From IMG/VR virus record IMGVR_UViG_3300035696_002928, positions 1 to 64,000 of that record: a stretch of 64,000 bases of DNA, one strand, 5' to 3'. Of the stretch, positions 61,501 through 64,000 are shown in pieces. The position numbers and the translations under genes were made by a program. The notes below the pieces were generated by a model. That model ran no database searches, was not told the origin of the DNA, and was given only the letters and a program-made list of their open reading frames with translations. Each line of letters starts with the position of its first letter. Within the stretch, counting starts at the first letter, position 1. Source of the stretch: a virus. Its lineage: Duplodnaviria; Caudoviricetes.

Positions 61501-62258
61501 TGGTAGGCATTCATCGTGCCGGACAACAGGTTGACGGCCTGGCCGGCGTCCATCACCGCCACCTTCGACAGCTTGAAGGCCGCCGTCAGCACCTCAGTTT
61601 GCTGCGCGGTAGTGGTGAATTGATTCGAGAGCACCTGGTACTGCGCCTCGGCGACCTGCGCCAAGGGGATGTTGAACTCGCGGGAGAGTTGCGCGACGTG
61701 CTGCGCGATCGAATCCAGGCTGGTGTTGACGCCCGGAGCGATCGACTGAATCTCGGCCACGCGGGTCATAAACTGCAAGTTGGAGTCGAATGCCTCGTGC
61801 ATGGCGTCACGGATGGCGCTCAGCGCGCGGACGATGGCCTGCGTCATCACAACGCGGCTCATGGTCTCCCATGACACGATGAACTTGGCCGCCGCCTTGT
61901 CGGCCTCTTCAATCGGCGTCTTGTCAATCTGCGGCGTGACCTTCGGCACCTGGGCCGGGGCAACGGCCGCAGCCGGCGCGCCCGCCGCGCCACCACCGGA
62001 CTGACCAGGAACCGCCACCTGCGACGCGCCGAAGGCCGTATGCAACTTGCCCATTGCGACGGCTGCCAGATCGGCGTTGGCGGCGATGTCCTTCAACACC
62101 TGCACAGTGTCTTTCGCGCAGGCGTTCCACACCGCCATCGACTCGGCCACCGAGGACAAACGCCCCTCGAAGCTGCCGAAGGCCACGTCCATCTTCGCCA
62201 AGGCATCAAGGGCGGCGGAGGCATCGAATCCAAGCTGTTGAATGATTTCATCAGCCAT
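58572..62258 (-). CDS. Tape measure protein
   Basis: 1228 aa, Ala-rich helical, TP901-type core, C-terminal GTDVIPAMLSPGE. Confidence 0.9.
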   Translation of the reverse strand: MADEIIQQLGFDASAALDALAKMDVAFGSFEGRLSSVAESMAVWNACAKDTVQVLKDIAANADLAAVAMGKLHTAFGASQVAVPGQSGGGAAGAPAAAVAPAQVPKVTPQIDKTPIEEADKAAAKFIVSWETMSRVVMTQAIVRALSAIRDAMHEAFDSNLQFMTRVAEIQSIAPGVNTSLDSIAQHVAQLSREFNIPLAQVAEAQYQVLSNQFTTTAQQTEVLTAAFKLSKVAVMDAGQAVNLLSGTMNAYHMASSQAEEVAAKFFATIQIGRVRGEELASVLGRVTAVSSELGVSLDELNAMMVTLTISGVKPAEAATALRSAMMALIKPSQDLQKELRQLGFESGPQMIAALGLEGALLKLRESTDENMSAFAKLIPNVRAISGALRETDDNGRRTAEALAHLHEVSVAAFNEKYRLFIESDAQKTLTEMNKLKTFLTTDLGAAIVKVVNQFLSFAGGADAVGAAIKALVPVVLTGVAVFGSFAAVLGTMALNARLAALGLGPLGLAVNGLLVGLTAYAAFDFTNSRIIQSIRQAEDEFHRAEMDRLDMVRAASQRRIDEEDRANQEIVHKAEQTLAERRKDYFDMVDATQTDNKRLIADSHATMLKITEEADKEVHILRNLASEADRAISDSMKRSTAIAGSLADTQFRWYESQWKSGWEQQKDFAGRALSLARQAEELMSTAKTPQDIEAAQSIYKRAQAFAQESMSIAQRRKDTLGQQDAEAAIEGVLRSELTANEQLRASKQVQAKQAAQAAADEEQRVTRMRELAKAISKDMDLFDKKNHPLAGEDREKAVTKTKAGLQEFQNLMMASKKWEVSDWLNFDGMKRKMRETMEGTVTKAEVRDLFIADQSLSKLNQRITTGLGRINLDVFVGGDKSKLAGKTMEEQFKIAGDYPREQATSAKAVKDAELERADALQRIEALQGQITGNMAVQKDETVGTVQALKVGANMVTGVFGGSGKAELNAAVTMFREINETILQMRSHPLQIDPKALTDLTDKIKNLKANMPWSLDLNMSSTEANLKSLREMFDYAERLRGIQSKFPNLDQQIKGAAQGMEHLNEAIPETGKKVQETTNKFSMIQSAIDGLSLAGFIGQIEQATTAMRELAAAAGNVPSPGGGGGEMTAAHGGMAFLAGGGRPRGTDVIPAMLSPGEMVMSAATTRRFASQLTAMNAGGKPSYHSQGGHVTNVGDINVTVEGGGTGRQTARSIATELRRELRRGTSVL

Positions 62259-62261
62259 GAT

Positions 62262-62753
62262 CTACCTCACCTTGAGCTTGGCGGACCGGAGATACTCGAA
62301 CGGATTGGGCAAGCGCACGGTCTCCGCATACTGGCGGAAGGCGGCCTGCCCCTTCTTCTGAAAGTCGTAGGGGCCGGGCTTCCTGAGATTGAAGCCCCAT
62401 TGCGTGGCGTCGAAATACTCGTTAATGAGCAGCCACGGCAAAGTTGTCTGGTACTTGAAGACGTAGCGGCCCTTGGCCTCGTCGGTCTCCAAGGCCCCGC
62501 TGCTCTCCGCCTCCCCGCGGCTGATGCGACTCGGGGCGACGGGAAAAATCGGGATGCTGTATTCGATGTGGTTGGCCAACGCCCGAAACGTGGCCCGTGA
62601 CGCCCCGCTCCACACGGGCACTTCGGCCAGCACGGTCGCTTCCAACCATGCCATAAGGGCCTGAGCGATGGCTTCACGAAGATGCTTGTCCACCGCGCGG
62701 CGGTATGCCGACAGGTCCAGTCGCGGTGCCAGCAGCGTGCCCGTGAACTTCAT
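62262..62753 (-). CDS. Neck/tail completion-like protein
   Basis: PVWSGASRA motif typical of HK97-gp10-like proteins; position. Confidence 0.5.
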   Translation of the reverse strand: MKFTGTLLAPRLDLSAYRRAVDKHLREAIAQALMAWLEATVLAEVPVWSGASRATFRALANHIEYSIPIFPVAPSRISRGEAESSGALETDEAKGRYVFKYQTTLPWLLINEYFDATQWGFNLRKPGPYDFQKKGQAAFRQYAETVRLPNPFEYLRSAKLKVR

Positions 62754-62769
62754 GGTCAGGAACCTCCCG

Positions 62770-63010
62770 TCACTCGGCCGCATCGGGCATCCTTGCCCCC
62801 ATCAGGCGTGCGTCCCGCACAGACTCGTCGTAAGCGCACGTCTGGTCGAACGCGACGATCAAGGCTTGCGTCTCGACCGTGCAGTCGTCCCAGGCCGGCT
62901 TGACGCCTGGCGGCCGGAGTCCTAGGCGCTGGCAGGCGCACCAGACGGCGTACTCGCCGGTTCGGTGGGGAGGCCAGAGGACGCGGGCTTCGGTTCCTGA
63001 CCAGCTAGAA
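62770..63010 (-). CDS. Tail assembly chaperone frameshift extension (gpGT-like), -1 frame
   Basis: Open -1 frame LWPPHRTGEYAVWCACQRLGLRPP entered at G-GTT-TTT (63015-63009). Confidence 0.6.
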
Positions 63011-63446
63011 AAACCTCGCGGGCCTTCTTCAGCTTCAACTCGTCCAGGCAGTTGGCCTCCAGCACGAGGTTCATCACCCGATGGCACTCGATGTCGCTAA
63101 GGCCGCCGTTGCGCAGGTCCGTGGCCCAGCCCTTCCAGGTGCGCGGATCGCCTTCCGTCACCGTGTCCCATTCGATCTGGCTCGGTTCCAGCGACTTCAT
63201 CACCATGTAGCCGAGCCGCTGGCTGGCCCACCCCGCCAAGACCTGTTGGTAGGTGGGGTCGTTCTCCATCGGCACGAAGCCGTCGCGGGTCATCTTGCCG
63301 GGCGGAATCGGCCGCGGGCACACGGTCTCGAAGGCGTCCATGTCCCGCACGGGCTGCGCCCGAAAAACGATCTGCTGCTCGCCGCGGGGCAGCACGAGAA
63401 CCACTTCACTCGGAAGCGTGGTAGGATCAATCCCTGCGATCTTCAT
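62922..63446 (-). CDS. Tail assembly chaperone (gpG-like)
   Basis: Between the tail tube gene and the TMP; GGAG RBS. Confidence 0.7.
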   Translation of the reverse strand: MKIAGIDPTTLPSEVVLVLPRGEQQIVFRAQPVRDMDAFETVCPRPIPPGKMTRDGFVPMENDPTYQQVLAGWASQRLGYMVMKSLEPSQIEWDTVTEGDPRTWKGWATDLRNGGLSDIECHRVMNLVLEANCLDELKLKKAREVFLAGQEPKPASSGLPTEPASTPSGAPASA

Positions 63447-63482
63447 TGACTTGTCTCCCTCAGATGATCGAAAAGAGAAGAT

Positions 63483-63514
63483 CGGCAGCGCCGGCGATGG
63501 TGCCGGCGCTGCCG
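63483..63514 (-). terminator. Intrinsic terminator after the tail tube gene
   Basis: 13-bp perfect stem CGGCAGCGCCGGC/GCCGGCGCTGCCG followed by TCTTCTCTTTT on the minus strand. Confidence 0.65.
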
Positions 63515-63570
63515 GCTAGCCTATTGACTAGCGGAACCGGTCATTTCAGAAAGAGGACCGGGGAGTCGTC

Positions 63571-63999
63571 TTAGGCGTTCGGCCGGGTGACTTCCGGCTC
63601 ACGCACCTTGCACTTGCCTGACAGCACGATCGTCGCCGCGCTGTAGTTGATCTCGCGGGTCTCAGCCCGGAACATCGGGAACAGCGTGACTTCCGCCTGC
63701 GACGGCGCGCACGGCGGCTCGTAATCGACTTCCAGGTCGATGCAGAAGGGCTCGCACTGGTCGGGCGAGGAGCTAACCCACTCCGACGCCGCGCCCGTGC
63801 CCTTCAGGGCCTCCATCGGGCAGACGTGCTCGCCGGTGATCGAGACGATGTGCTCGTACACGGCGTCCAGCTTCACGTCCATCGGGACATCCTTCGGCTC
63901 CCGGACGGTATCCAACCGGCCGCGGTCCAGAAGGTATTGGTAGTCCCGGTGCTCGGTGTAGGTCAGGTTCCCGTCACCGATCTTGATGGCGATTTGCTG
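63571..63999 (-). CDS. Major tail tube protein (5'-truncated by the window edge)
   Basis: Frame open to the window end; IKIGDGNLTYTE...LLDRGRLDTVR; position upstream of the chaperone. Confidence 0.65.
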   Translation of the reverse strand, partial: QQIAIKIGDGNLTYTEHRDYQYLLDRGRLDTVREPKDVPMDVKLDAVYEHIVSITGEHVCPMEALKGTGAASEWVSSSPDQCEPFCIDLEVDYEPPCAPSQAEVTLFPMFRAETREINYSAATIVLSGKCKVREPEVTRPNA

Positions 64000-64000
64000 C

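Noticed and set aside
10853-62600. Many long plus-strand ORFs antisense to genes (e.g. 10853-12730, 17198-18748, 51017-53743, 58635-60719)
   Set aside because: These are shadow ORFs expected at high GC; they have no recognisable motifs and fully overlap convincing minus-strand genes.
1-64000. CRISPR array or cas genes
   Set aside because: No regularly spaced direct repeats with unique spacers were seen. The five-copy motif is dispersed over 34 kb. The PD-(D/E)XK nuclease is a stand-alone phage exonuclease-type gene.
1-64000. Stop-codon reassignment (alternative genetic code)
   Set aside because: Conserved genes (polA, ligase, deoC, helicase, TMP) are full length in the standard code, and TAG, TGA and TAA all terminate tightly packed genes.

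Overview
This is a 64-kb, GC-rich segment of a large tailed dsDNA phage or prophage with siphovirus-type tail genes; the host cannot be assigned from sequence alone. Positions 1-40088 are a near-continuous minus-strand block of early and middle genes: many small hypotheticals and Zn-finger proteins, three DNA methyltransferases, IscU/SufU, FkbM, a PD-(D/E)XK nuclease, an NDT-like N-glycosidase next to DeoC, a radical SAM protein, ATP-dependent DNA ligase, a sigma-70-family factor, VRR-NUC, family A DNA polymerase, two ParB-like proteins, two metallophosphoesterases, ClpP, an S1 protease, an SNF2-like helicase, a probable SSB and tRNA-Asn. Positions 40224-46557 are a plus-strand block (primase-helicase, DUF5664-like dNTP diphosphohydrolase, DEDDh exonuclease, Cys-rich proteins). 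Positions 46634-64000 are a minus-strand tail module (tail tip, fibres, three paralogous receptor-binding-like proteins, tape measure, frameshifted chaperone, tail tube). The most striking signals are: (1) an HPD-containing J-domain, clamped by a CxxCxG pair, inserted in the thumb region of the DNA polymerase; (2) a 33-bp bipartite motif repeated five times with a fixed 11-nt spacer ahead of operons, in a genome encoding its own sigma factor; (3) an 80-bp nested perfect inverted repeat at the divergence point between parB and the primase-helicase; (4) riboswitch-like structured intergenic elements; (5) a possible dNTP-degradation pathway. All product calls come from motif recognition by eye; no database searches were run.
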